A stretch of 64,000 bases of DNA, from positions 691-64,690 of the forward strand of contig JAZLHE010000056.1 of the NCBI GenBank assembly GCA_045616665.1, given 5' to 3'. The translations under genes were made by a program, and so were the position numbers. Position 1 is the stretch's first letter; every line of letters begins with the position of its first letter. Below, piece by piece: positions 29,326 to 38,920 of this stretch. The stretch is from Bacteroidales bacterium. GTDB lineage: Bacteria; Bacteroidota; Bacteroidia; Bacteroidales; WCHB1-69. Under the pieces are notes generated by a model that saw nothing but the letters and a program-made list of their open reading frames with translations, was not told where the DNA came from and searched no databases.

Positions 29326-30759
29326 ATGCTTTTTAACTCATTCTCCTTCGGATTCTTCCTTGTGACAGTCTATCTACTGTACTGGTTGGCCTTTAATCGC
29401 AACATAAAGTTGCGCAATTTGTTCATTTTGGTGGCCAGCTATTTTTTCTATGGCTTCTGGAATTGGAAACTACTGATATTGATTATCATCGTTTCTGCCA
29501 CCGATTTCCTCTTCGGCAATTTGATATACAAAGAGGAAAGCGAAAAACGGAGAAAACTGTATTTGACACTCGCGTTAGTCATTAATTTGGGCATACTCGG
29601 ATTTTTCAAATACTGCAATTTCTTTGTTGATAGTTTTTATTCGCTGCTTCACCTTTTCGGTGCATCTGGGACGTTCACGCCTTTCAACATCATTTTGCCC
29701 GTGGGCATCAGTTTTTACACATTCCAAGGATTGAGTAATGTATTAGATATTTACTATAGGAAGTTTGAACCGACCAAAGACCCGATTGCCTTTTGCGCAT
29801 TTTTGGCCTTTTTTCCACAGCTCATTGCCGGACCTATCGAGCGTGCGCGTGATTTGCTGCCTCAATTCTTCACTCCAAAGAAATTCAATTACGACGATGC
29901 CAGAAAGGGATTATTCCTGATTGCTGTCGGTCTTTTCAAGAAAATCATCATTGCGGACAGATTAGCGATATACGTTGACTCTGTGTATGGAAACGTGTCA
30001 GAAGTGCACGGCTTGCCAGCATTGGTTGCCGTATTATTCTTTGCATTCCAACTTTATTTGGATTTTTCAGCCTATTCGCAAATCGCCATTGGTACGGCGC
30101 GGATTTTCGGTTTCAAACTAAGCACTAACTTCAACAAGCCCTATTTGGCCACTTCTTTCAAGGACTTTTGGTCTCGTTGGCATATCACGCTCACCAGCTG
30201 GTTCCGCGACTATCTGTATTTCCCATTAGGAGGAAACAGGAGAGGTAAATTCAGAACTTATCTCAATGTGATTATCATTTTCACGGTAAGCGGACTATGG
30301 CATGGCGCATCCTGGAATTTCGTTATTTGGGGATTCTTGAACGGTATCTTCCTTGCTGTTTTCGACAAGGCATTTCATTTGAAACCGACTAAGATGTTGT
30401 CAAAGATCATTTGTTGTCTTTTCGTCACAGCGGCTTGGGCCTTATCTTTGATATTTTTCCGTGCAGGCACCTTTAGCGAGGCTATGACAATGTTTGGAAA
30501 TCTGGGCTTCGGAAATTCAGCCGATTTGCTCGCACACGGAATGGATGCCGTAGAACTCAAGTTCACATTCTGGCTGTTGGCAGGTTTGATGTTGATAGAA
30601 CTAATCTTGAAAAACAAACAGGAAAAAATAGAGAACTTTTTCTTCAATAAATTTTTCATGTTCCGATGGGCCATCTACCTCATCATTATTTTGGTTACCA
30701 TCTATTTGGGTGTATATGGGATCGGCAGCGACAATTCTTTTATTTATTTCCAATTCTAA
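29326..30759 (+). CDS. MBOAT-family membrane O-acyltransferase (AlgI/DltB-like)
   Basis: 477 aa, polytopic. Conserved-His region VSGLWHGASWNFVIWG. Typical MBOAT N-terminus MLFNSFSF..FL. Confidence 0.9.
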   Translation: MLFNSFSFGFFLVTVYLLYWLAFNRNIKLRNLFILVASYFFYGFWNWKLLILIIIVSATDFLFGNLIYKEESEKRRKLYLTLALVINLGILGFFKYCNFFVDSFYSLLHLFGASGTFTPFNIILPVGISFYTFQGLSNVLDIYYRKFEPTKDPIAFCAFLAFFPQLIAGPIERARDLLPQFFTPKKFNYDDARKGLFLIAVGLFKKIIIADRLAIYVDSVYGNVSEVHGLPALVAVLFFAFQLYLDFSAYSQIAIGTARIFGFKLSTNFNKPYLATSFKDFWSRWHITLTSWFRDYLYFPLGGNRRGKFRTYLNVIIIFTVSGLWHGASWNFVIWGFLNGIFLAVFDKAFHLKPTKMLSKIICCLFVTAAWALSLIFFRAGTFSEAMTMFGNLGFGNSADLLAHGMDAVELKFTFWLLAGLMLIELILKNKQEKIENFFFNKFFMFRWAIYLIIILVTIYLGVYGIGSDNSFIYFQF

Positions 30760-30771
30760 ATTCGACAGACA

Positions 30772-32250
30772 ATGGACGCAAAAACATCATATTCAAAGAA
30801 AAATGCAAACGCCAAACAGTCAACCCCTGCCATAGTGAAAAAGGAGAAAAAATGGTATGTGCTATTAGTGAAATTCCTGATTTTGCTTGGCATTGTGGTT
30901 TCGGTAGTTGTTTTTACTGATAAAAAGGGGTATTTTGAACCGGATCAATCAAACAATCATACCAGCAGAAAATGGAATTCATTTTATGATTTTACGGAAA
31001 AGGACACCGTTGATGTTGTACTTGTTGGAAATTCCCATTGTTATGCTGGTGTGAATCCTAAAAATCTATCGGCTGCGTTAGGTGCAACCTGCTTTGTGTT
31101 GGCCTCCCCAGGAACAACCATCATGGACTCCTACTTTTGTTTGGAAGAAGCACTGAAAAAGACTTCCCCCAAGGTTGCAATTATTGAAACATACGGAATA
31201 AGTAATACCACCAATCATGAATTAACTGCTGGTGGATTGTCGGATCAATTTAAAAGCTTCAATGCACGCAAAGACTTAAAATACAAAACATTATCTATGT
31301 TTCAGTTGTTTTCACCGGAATATTACATTTCTTCGTGGTCTAAAACTATACGAAATCATGATTTTATTTTTCGGGATAGAAATCAACTTAAGATTAACGC
31401 TGAACTTATGCGGAAAAAACCTAAAAAAGAAAAAGGGTTATATTTAGGAAGATTTGTAAGTTTTACTACAGGCATAGAAGATTCTACTATCGTCAAATAT
31501 CAAAAATTGGGTGCACCTGTTAATGGCAATAACCGAAAAGTGAACGAGGAAAATGCCAAATATGTGCGGAAAATAGTGGAATTGTGTAAAAAACATCAGG
31601 TTACTCCTGTATTTGTTACACTGCCCATGTATTATCAACATGTAAAAAATTACGATGCGTGGAAAAATGAGGTGGCAAAAGTCATTAAACCAACTGGTGC
31701 GGCATGGTTGGATTTACAATCTCCGTATGATACTGTGAAATTTGATAGAAGTTGTTTTGAAAACACGTATGATGCTAATCAACACATGACGTACACTGGC
31801 TCTTTGGTGAGTGCATACAAACTTGCCCATTATCTTAAAGACAGTCTGAAACTCAATCTGCCCCAACGAAATCTCACCCAACATTGGAATGACCTATTTT
31901 ATGGAGAAGAAGGATATTTTGAAAATTATCCTTCGCGTATAAACGATCCGAAAAATGTTTTGATTTGCAGTAATCAGCAATTTGGCAAATATGAAGTGAA
32001 AGATTGCATTCTGCAGAAGATGGATAATAACAATGTTATTCTGTTAAAAGTTGCCAAAAACGACCAATCTGCACATTTAGGGAACAAAATAAAGGTCTTA
32101 GCCGTTGTGAAACTCAACGGGCAACAACTGCTAACCTATTTGGAGATGTATCGTCCTAAAGAATATGACCCAATAGGACATTATCTTTACGAAATGCCAT
32201 TAATAAAAGAAGCTGAATTAGTTGAAATAAAGGGTGTTGAGGCTTTATAA
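30772..32250 (+). CDS. Membrane-anchored partner of the MBOAT enzyme, SGNH/DltD-like (tentative)
   Basis: 492 aa. One TM helix (WYVLLVKFLILLGIVVSVVVF) followed by VDVVLVGNSHCYAGVNP, a GxSH-type block. It lies 12 nt downstream of the MBOAT gene. Confidence 0.45.
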   Translation: MDAKTSYSKKNANAKQSTPAIVKKEKKWYVLLVKFLILLGIVVSVVVFTDKKGYFEPDQSNNHTSRKWNSFYDFTEKDTVDVVLVGNSHCYAGVNPKNLSAALGATCFVLASPGTTIMDSYFCLEEALKKTSPKVAIIETYGISNTTNHELTAGGLSDQFKSFNARKDLKYKTLSMFQLFSPEYYISSWSKTIRNHDFIFRDRNQLKINAELMRKKPKKEKGLYLGRFVSFTTGIEDSTIVKYQKLGAPVNGNNRKVNEENAKYVRKIVELCKKHQVTPVFVTLPMYYQHVKNYDAWKNEVAKVIKPTGAAWLDLQSPYDTVKFDRSCFENTYDANQHMTYTGSLVSAYKLAHYLKDSLKLNLPQRNLTQHWNDLFYGEEGYFENYPSRINDPKNVLICSNQQFGKYEVKDCILQKMDNNNVILLKVAKNDQSAHLGNKIKVLAVVKLNGQQLLTYLEMYRPKEYDPIGHYLYEMPLIKEAELVEIKGVEAL

Positions 32251-32567
32251 AAATTTTCCCCGAAATCTTTTTACGAAAAATATACCGTGACCCCGAAATC
32301 TTTCGATAGCCGAGAACATCGAGGAACCAGACGGGCAGCCGCCGGCTTCACGCTTACGGCAACGCCAGAGGCTCCGGAAGCATCAGGACGGCAGCACCGT
32401 CACCTTCTACGGAGTGAAGAAAGTGAAGTTCACCAATCAGGACGGAACATCGGCCGTGCGCGTGACACGTAACAACGACAACACGGAAACGTATGAGAAT
32501 CCTAAGAATGGGGAATTTGGGGAAGGATTGAGGATTTTCCAATAAGCTACAGATTGCACAAAAATTA

Positions 32568-32630
32568 CCGCCAACTCGGTGAACAAAATTTGGCCAACTA
32601 GGTGAACGAGATCTGGCCGACTAGGTGAAC
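32568..32630 (+). repeat. Three direct repeats of GCC(A/G)ACT(A/C)GGTGAAC with 23-bp period
   Basis: ccgccaactcggtgaac (32568-84), tggccaactaggtgaac (32591-607), tggccgactaggtgaac (32614-30). They end about 50 nt upstream of the -7 box at 32680-32687. Confidence 0.8.
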
Positions 32631-32711
32631 GAAACAAAGAAAAATAGCGGATTTATTTACGTATATCATTTATTTTTAGTATTTTTGCGCCCGAATTACA
32701 AATCTAAACAA

Positions 32712-33992
32712 ATGGAAGATTATAGAGTACGAATTGCAGACCAATTACTATCTGAAAGTTTAGAGGCATTGGGGGCCGTCATTGTGCAGGGGACGAAGTG
32801 GTGTGGCAAGACCACCACGTCTGTTCATCATGCCGGAAGTGTTCTCTATATGGATGATCCGACGCAAAAGGAGCAGAATCTTTCGCTGGCGCAGACCAAC
32901 ATAAAGCGTTTGTTGGAAGGTGCCACTCCACGAGTGATTGACGAGTGGGAGTTAGCGCCCCAACTGTGGGATGCTGCACGTTTTGAGATTGACCATCGGC
33001 AAGTGCATATCGGACAATTTATTTTTACGGGTTCAGCCGTTCCAAAGGAGAAAGACAGGAAACGGATTTTTCACAGCGGCGCCGGTCGCTTCGACTGGAT
33101 CACAATGCGCACCATGTCACTTTGGGAATCAGGAGACAGCACCGGTGACGTCAGTCTCCAAGCATTATTCAATGGAGCGATGCCTGATGGTGCTGCCACA
33201 ATAGATTTGGACAGATTAGCATATCTTACTTGCCGTGGCGGATGGCCGGGAACACTTTCATTATCTGAGCGAGCCGCACTGCATGTTCCGCATGCCTACC
33301 TGAAAGCAGTGCTCAATTCGGATATATCCAAGGTGGATGATGTTAGACGCGATGCCAATACGATGTCGCGCATCATCCGAAGTCTGGCCCGTAACCAAGG
33401 CGAACAGATTCCTTACACCACTATTCGTGCAGACATAATCAACAATGAAAACACAACCATCAGCACAGACACGGTGGAGGACTATGTAAAGGTGCTGAAC
33501 AAGATATTTTTAGAAGAGGACATGCGGGCTTGGAATCCCAATTTGCGTAGCAAAACGGCCATACGGACCACTGACACTCGCTATTTTGTTGATCCCAGTA
33601 TCGCCACATCGGCATTGGGAATCGGACCAAAGGATTTGTTGAATAATTTGGCTGACTTTGGCTTCTACTTTGAAACCTTGGCTGTTCGCGATTTGCGTGT
33701 TTATGCCGACGCCTTGGATGGGGAGGTCTTCCACTTTCGCGACAAAAACGGCTTGGAGTGTGACGCTGTCCTCCATCGTCGCAATGGGGCATACGGACTT
33801 ATTGAAATCAAATTGGGAGGCGCAGATAATATAGAAAAAGGTGCAATCACCCTTAAAACATTATCCGCCAAGATTGACACTGAAAAGATGAACGCGCCAT
33901 CGTTTATGATGGTACTGACAGGAATAGGCCAATATGCCTATCGCCGTCTGGATGGTGTGTATGTCGTGCCCATCGGCTGCTTGAAACCGTGA
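32712..33992 (+). CDS. AAA-type ATP-binding protein (AAA_14/DUF4143-like)
   Basis: Walker A GTKWCGKTTT. The C-terminal half is typical of DUF4143 ATPases. A tatttttg box at 32680-32687 lies inside the GTG-started track ORF, so ATG 32712 (MEDYRVR..) is preferred. Confidence 0.75.
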   Translation: MEDYRVRIADQLLSESLEALGAVIVQGTKWCGKTTTSVHHAGSVLYMDDPTQKEQNLSLAQTNIKRLLEGATPRVIDEWELAPQLWDAARFEIDHRQVHIGQFIFTGSAVPKEKDRKRIFHSGAGRFDWITMRTMSLWESGDSTGDVSLQALFNGAMPDGAATIDLDRLAYLTCRGGWPGTLSLSERAALHVPHAYLKAVLNSDISKVDDVRRDANTMSRIIRSLARNQGEQIPYTTIRADIINNENTTISTDTVEDYVKVLNKIFLEEDMRAWNPNLRSKTAIRTTDTRYFVDPSIATSALGIGPKDLLNNLADFGFYFETLAVRDLRVYADALDGEVFHFRDKNGLECDAVLHRRNGAYGLIEIKLGGADNIEKGAITLKTLSAKIDTEKMNAPSFMMVLTGIGQYAYRRLDGVYVVPIGCLKP

Positions 33993-34008
33993 ACAGAAAC
34001 CGGAACAT

Positions 34009-34958
34009 CTAATTGCCTGATTTCCGTTCCATATAGTCTCTGAAGGCGTAAAGCGGGATGTTCTCCAACCACGGCTGGTCTTCGTAGTTTTTCATGCTCA
34101 GCCGGATGCCTTTGAGGTCGGGGTTGTTCTCTATGAAGATCTTTAATGATTTCGCCCTGACATTCTCTTCGGCTTTCACCTCCACGGGATACACATTGTC
34201 GTCGAGCTGAATCACGAAGTCGAGTTCTATGCGCGACTTCTCCACGGAATGATAATATACGGGGATGCCGGTGGTGGCGAGTTGCGACTCCACATATACT
34301 TCGGTGAAAGCCCCTTTATACTCCTTGAAGATGTTGTTGCCGACCATCATCTGGCTTGCGGGGATGTCGGCCATTGCGCCCATCAGCCCGACATCGAGGA
34401 TGAAGAGTTTGAAGGCGTTGGCATCTTCATAGAACTTCAGCGGCATCCTGACTGCGTTCACGCAGTTGATTTTATATACGATTCCCGCATCGACAAGCCA
34501 TTGGATTGACTCCTCGAATTCGGAGGCTCTGGCTCCGTGCTTCATAACACCGAAAATGAACTTCTTGTTCTCCTTGGTCAGCTGCGATACGAGGCTCTGC
34601 CACATGCCGCAATGTGATATTCGGGCGCATCTTCGGCCAAGGCCTTCAGCCTTGTCAGCGCAACGGGGCAGTCTTGTATTTCGTCTAAAATAACGAGAGT
34701 GTTGCCGGGGACTATGTCAACATCGGTTATGGCCGATAGACCTTTCAGTAACCTGTCCGCGGACTTCTCCGCCGTAAAAAGCTGACATGCGGCATCGTTT
34801 CGGTCGAAGCTGACAAAGGATATGCTTTTATATTCGTTTTTCCCGAATTCCTTCAGCAGCCATGTCTTGCCAACCTGCCGCGCTCCGAACAGCACTAACG
34901 GTTTCCTGTCTTTAGAAAGTTTCCATTTTATTAAGTCGTTGTATAAATATCGCCTCAT
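34009..34958 (-). pseudogene. Disrupted AAA/DUF4143-type ATPase gene (frameshift plus internal deletion)
   Basis: The 126-aa ORF carries the N-terminal AAA part (GARQVGKTWLL, VILDEIQ, ..HIAACG). The 198-aa ORF carries the C-terminal DUF4143-like part (SQLTKENKKFIFG..). The two are in different frames and overlap at 34578-34605. The combined length is roughly 100 aa short of the intact relative at 32712. Confidence 0.7.
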
Positions 34959-35067
34959 AATATTATGATTCAGTCGGTTGTGTTGAATTATTACATTTTT
35001 TCAACGTAAAAATAGCTGCAAAAATACATTTTTTGAAAAATCGTCTTTGACACAACTTAAAAGCAAC

Positions 35068-35192
35068 AAGTTATCCGTGCCATTTCCGGAATGCCGAAGT
35101 GGAAGCCCGGCGCCAATATGGGTCAGCCAGTCAACTGCTACTACCCAGTGCCGGTAATTTCCCGCAACGACGAGCCGGTTGAGGAAAGGTAA
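35068..35192 (+). pseudogene. Orphan 3' fragment of a TonB-C-terminal-domain gene
   Basis: The frame reads VIRAISGMPKWKPGANMGQPVNCYYPVPVISRN..* and matches the TonB_C signature (MPKW.PG...G.PV). An in-frame stop lies immediately upstream. The stretch is visibly G+C-richer than its surroundings. Confidence 0.4.
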
Positions 35193-35306
35193 AACTCAAA
35201 AAAAACTACTTCCATTTCTCGGCTGTGGAATTTTTATGTATTTTTGCGCCTTGTTTTTGCCTTCAATCGGCAAAAAGTGAAATCACGGATTATTAACCAA
35301 TTTGGA

Positions 35307-36347
35307 ATGAAAGAAAAAAACAACATAGTACAAAGCACGATCGATGCATCTTTTCTTGCTGAAGTGAAGCACATTGTTGAGCAAGGTCGCCAACAAGCAT
35401 ACGCCTCCGTAAGTCAGCTGATGATTGAAACCTATTGGAAAATAGGAGAACGTATTGTTTTGCAAGAGCAAAAAGGATCTAATCGTGCCGAATATGGAAC
35501 TCAACTTATTGCTCAACTTTCAGAGGAGTTGACGCGAACATACGGAAAAGGATTCAGTGGAAGATATTTGAGAGCATTTAGACAGTTTTATCTTGTTGTT
35601 CCTGATTTGGAGATTTGGAAATCGCGATTTCCAAATCTTACTTGGACCCATATTCTTAAAACTTTACGAGTTGAGGATCCTACAGCTGTACGTTGGTATC
35701 TGTCAACAGCTTCACAAGAGATGTGGAGCGTGCGCACACTCGACCGCAATATTTCCACGCAATACTATGAGCGTCATTTTAAGCAACCGCAGTTGGTTGA
35801 AAATACCGAGAATGACAATAAGGTTGACAAATTGGAAATTCTAAAAAACCCAATAATGGCAGAATTTCTTGGATTCAAGCAAAATACCGACTTTACGGAA
35901 ACCGATTTGGAAAAAGGCCTGATTCAGCATCTTCAAGACTTTCTTGTTGAATTAGGCAGGGGATTTGCATTTGTTGCACGGCAACAGCATATTTTCACCG
36001 ATGCCGGTGACTTTTATATCGATTTGGTATTCTACAACTACATCTTGAAATGTTTCGTGCTGATAGATTTGAAAAAAGGTCAGATAACCCATCAGGATGT
36101 TGGGCAAATGGATATGTATGTGCGTATGTACGACGATTTGAAACGCACGGAAGGCGACAACCCCACCATAGGTATAGTACTTTGCAGCGAAACGAGCAAA
36201 GACATTGCACGCTATTCCATATTACGGGATAGCGATAATTTATTTGCCGCTAAATATATGCCCCTAATGCCTACCGAAGAAGAACTTCGCAGGGAGATAG
36301 AGGCTCAAAAAGAATTGTTTAATTTGCAAAATGACAAAATAGAATAA
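35307..36347 (+). CDS. DUF1016/YhcG-family PD-(D/E)XK nuclease-like protein, copy 1
   Basis: The N-terminal region ..AYASVSQLMIETYWKIGERIV..GSNRAEYGTQLI.QLS..L....GKGFS..YLRAFRQFY is typical of YhcG. The C-terminal core is FYIDLVFYNYILKCFVLIDLKKGQITHQDVGQM. A -7 box lies at 35239-35246. Confidence 0.8.
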   Translation: MKEKNNIVQSTIDASFLAEVKHIVEQGRQQAYASVSQLMIETYWKIGERIVLQEQKGSNRAEYGTQLIAQLSEELTRTYGKGFSGRYLRAFRQFYLVVPDLEIWKSRFPNLTWTHILKTLRVEDPTAVRWYLSTASQEMWSVRTLDRNISTQYYERHFKQPQLVENTENDNKVDKLEILKNPIMAEFLGFKQNTDFTETDLEKGLIQHLQDFLVELGRGFAFVARQQHIFTDAGDFYIDLVFYNYILKCFVLIDLKKGQITHQDVGQMDMYVRMYDDLKRTEGDNPTIGIVLCSETSKDIARYSILRDSDNLFAAKYMPLMPTEEELRREIEAQKELFNLQNDKIE

Positions 36348-36375
36348 AAAAGATATTTTAAACTAACATATTATC

Positions 36376-36399
36376 AATCATAGCGTTTGCTATTTGTTC
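36376..36399 (+). repeat. 24-bp direct repeat, copy A (aatcatagcgtttgctatttgttc)
   Basis: Identical 24-mer at 37616-37639. This copy ends 6 nt before ATG 36406. Confidence 0.9.
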
Positions 36400-36405
36400 T
36401 AAATC

Positions 36406-37509
36406 ATGAAAGAAAAAAAGACAGATATTGTTCAAGACGAGATTGGTCGTGCGGATATGCTTGCATCTCGCATTGAGGCACTGATTACGGAAGCACGTAC
36501 CAAAGTCGTTTCGTTTGTGAATACCGCTATGGTATATACCTATTATGAGATAGGACGGTATATCGTTGAAGATGAACAAAATGGAGACAACCGAGCTTCT
36601 TACGGCAAAGAAGTGTTGGAGAATTTGTCGTGCAGACTCACAGATAAATTTGGCAAAGGTTGGTCTGCTGCCAATCTCAGGGCTATGCGTCAATTTTATG
36701 CGGTGTATTCAAAAACGCTAACCACTGGTCAGCAAATTGGCAATGAAAACGCTAACCGTTGGTCAGCAAAATTGACTGATCAAAATATAACACCTGAGTT
36801 TAAATTGTCGTGGACTCATTATCAAATTTTAATGAGAGTTGAAAATCCACAAGCTCGAAGTTTTTATGAAATAGAATGTTATAACCAACATTGGGACAAG
36901 CGTTATCTGCAACGGCAAATTGGCAGCAGTTTGTACGAGCGTTTGGCATTAAGCCGGAACAAAAATGAAATAATCCGTTTGGCCAAAGAAGGTCAAACCA
37001 TAGAGAAACCGTCTGACGTAATAAAAGACCCGATTGTATTGGAATTTATGGGTCTTAAATCCGATGCTTCTTATTCCGAGACATCACTTGAAAGCGCGAT
37101 AATCGGCAAACTGCAACATTTTTTGTTAGAAATGGGCAAAGGATTCCTGTTTGAGGCACGACAGAAAAGATTTTCGTTTGAAGAACGCAATTTTTATGTC
37201 GATTTGGTACTGTACAACAGGCTTTTGCAATGCTATGTGCTGATAGATTTGAAAATGGACGACCTGACGCATCAGGATTTGGGACAGATGCAGATGTATG
37301 TGAACTACTACGACCGGTATGTGAAACAAGATTTCGAGAAGCCGACAATCGGCATTTTGCTGTGTGAACAAAAAGACGATATGCTGGTTGAATTAACATT
37401 GCCAAAAGACGCTAACATTTATGCGCAGCAATATGCACTCTATCTGCCAGACAAAGATCTCCTGCAAAAAAAATTACGGGAATGGATTGATGAGCAAAAC
37501 GAAAATTAA
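36406..37509 (+). CDS. DUF1016/YhcG-family PD-(D/E)XK nuclease-like protein, copy 2
   Basis: Same architecture as copy 1 but strongly diverged: FYVDLVLYNRLLQCYVLIDLKMDDLTHQDLGQM. Confidence 0.8.
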   Translation: MKEKKTDIVQDEIGRADMLASRIEALITEARTKVVSFVNTAMVYTYYEIGRYIVEDEQNGDNRASYGKEVLENLSCRLTDKFGKGWSAANLRAMRQFYAVYSKTLTTGQQIGNENANRWSAKLTDQNITPEFKLSWTHYQILMRVENPQARSFYEIECYNQHWDKRYLQRQIGSSLYERLALSRNKNEIIRLAKEGQTIEKPSDVIKDPIVLEFMGLKSDASYSETSLESAIIGKLQHFLLEMGKGFLFEARQKRFSFEERNFYVDLVLYNRLLQCYVLIDLKMDDLTHQDLGQMQMYVNYYDRYVKQDFEKPTIGILLCEQKDDMLVELTLPKDANIYAQQYALYLPDKDLLQKKLREWIDEQNEN

Positions 37510-37615
37510 CCATCTTTGCAGTCACAAATCAGATACTGCGATTCTTATTAAATCATTAAACAACAAACAATTAACAAAAACAGAAAGATAAACATTCAAC
37601 TGATATATTATAATA

Positions 37616-37639
37616 AATCATAGCGTTTGCTATTTGTTC
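37616..37639 (+). repeat. 24-bp direct repeat, copy B
   Basis: Perfect match to 36376-36399. It lies 176 nt upstream of the methyltransferase ATG. Confidence 0.9.
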
Positions 37640-37815
37640 GAGAAACTCTGAAACGTAGGAAATTTCAAAAGTTGATACCGAGGACAGATTGCGAATGTTC
37701 ACGCTTACGTGGGCATTCTTGTCTGTATCAATCGGTTTCCTACGACCGCAGAGTTTGGGCAAGATTAGCCCACGTTCTGTGTTCGTAGGGAACAAGTGCC
37801 AGACGCTAAAAGCAA

Positions 37816-38919
37816 ATGCGTATGGCAAACAAGAATTTATCGCAGGCAAAAGCGAAAAAAAACGATGAGTTTTATACTCAGTATGCGGACATTCAAAATG
37901 AAATAAACGCCTATTTGGAATATAATCCGGATGTGTTTCGAGACAAAACTATCCTTCTTCCGTGTGACGATCCCGAATGGTCAAACTTTACAAAATTCTT
38001 TGCACAGAATTTTGAAAATTTCGGCTTGAAAAAGCTGATTAGCACAAGTTATGCTATAGAAAGCAAAAACATAGACCTGAACTGGCAGCCAACTTTGTTT
38101 GAACAGGAAAATCCCAACTTTGATTTGGATAAGACCAAAATCAAAGGTAAGATTTTCACGCTTGAACGTGACACCAATGCCAGTGGAAAGATTGACATTG
38201 AAGATTTGGAATGGCAATACTTAGAAGGCGACGGCGACTTCCGCAGTGATGAAGTAAAGGCCTTGCGAGACGAAGCCGACATAATCATCACCAATCCACC
38301 GTTTTCGTTGTTTACATCTTTTTTGATGTGGATTATGGAAGCAGATAAAAAGTTTCTGATTTTAGGTAATATGAATGCTATTGCCTACAAAGAAATTTTT
38401 CCAAAGATTAAGGAGAATAAAATGTGGCTGGGTGTAAAAAGCGGTGCCAGAGAATATTTGAAACCCAATGGTGGTATCCAAAAAATGGGCAACACCTATT
38501 GGTTTACAAATCTTGAGCATGGGCGTCGTCATCAACCTATGAAACTGATGACATTGGATGATAATATCAAGTACAGCAAGCACAAAGAAGTAAAAAATGT
38601 TGGTTATAAAAGGTATGTGAATTTTGATGCTATTGAGATTCCCAAATCTGATGCTATACCGAGTGATTACAATGGTGTGATGGGTGTCCCTATTTCTTGG
38701 CTGGACAAATATTGTCCAGAACAATTTGAGATTATTGGAATGGCCAATGGTGGAAATCTTGGCATAGAATGCGGCGTTAGTTCAAATTTATCCGAAGAAG
38801 ATTGTAAAAAGCTATTTAAAGAGGATAAAGGTTTTAGACGAGGAAAATTGTGCTATAGAAATGATGATGGAAAGTTAATCAGCCTTTTCGCAAAAATATT
38901 AATCCGTAAAAAACAATAA
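37816..38919 (+). CDS. EcoRI-family N6-adenine DNA methyltransferase
   Basis: The N-terminal signature [21 protein letters not shown]....[19 protein letters not shown] resembles the EcoRI_methylase family. Catalytic motif IV is IIITNPPFS. Confidence 0.8.
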   Translation: MRMANKNLSQAKAKKNDEFYTQYADIQNEINAYLEYNPDVFRDKTILLPCDDPEWSNFTKFFAQNFENFGLKKLISTSYAIESKNIDLNWQPTLFEQENPNFDLDKTKIKGKIFTLERDTNASGKIDIEDLEWQYLEGDGDFRSDEVKALRDEADIIITNPPFSLFTSFLMWIMEADKKFLILGNMNAIAYKEIFPKIKENKMWLGVKSGAREYLKPNGGIQKMGNTYWFTNLEHGRRHQPMKLMTLDDNIKYSKHKEVKNVGYKRYVNFDAIEIPKSDAIPSDYNGVMGVPISWLDKYCPEQFEIIGMANGGNLGIECGVSSNLSEEDCKKLFKEDKGFRRGKLCYRNDDGKLISLFAKILIRKKQ

Positions 38920-38920
38920 A

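Noticed and set aside
32280-32545. G+C-rich stretch with several overlapping short ORFs. One frame ends ..TVTFYGVKKVKFTNQDGTSAVRVTRNNDNTETYENPKNGEFGEGLRIFQ*
   Set aside because: It may be the 3' fragment of a lost gene, but I cannot assign a family and there is no start or promoter. It is therefore not reported as a feature.
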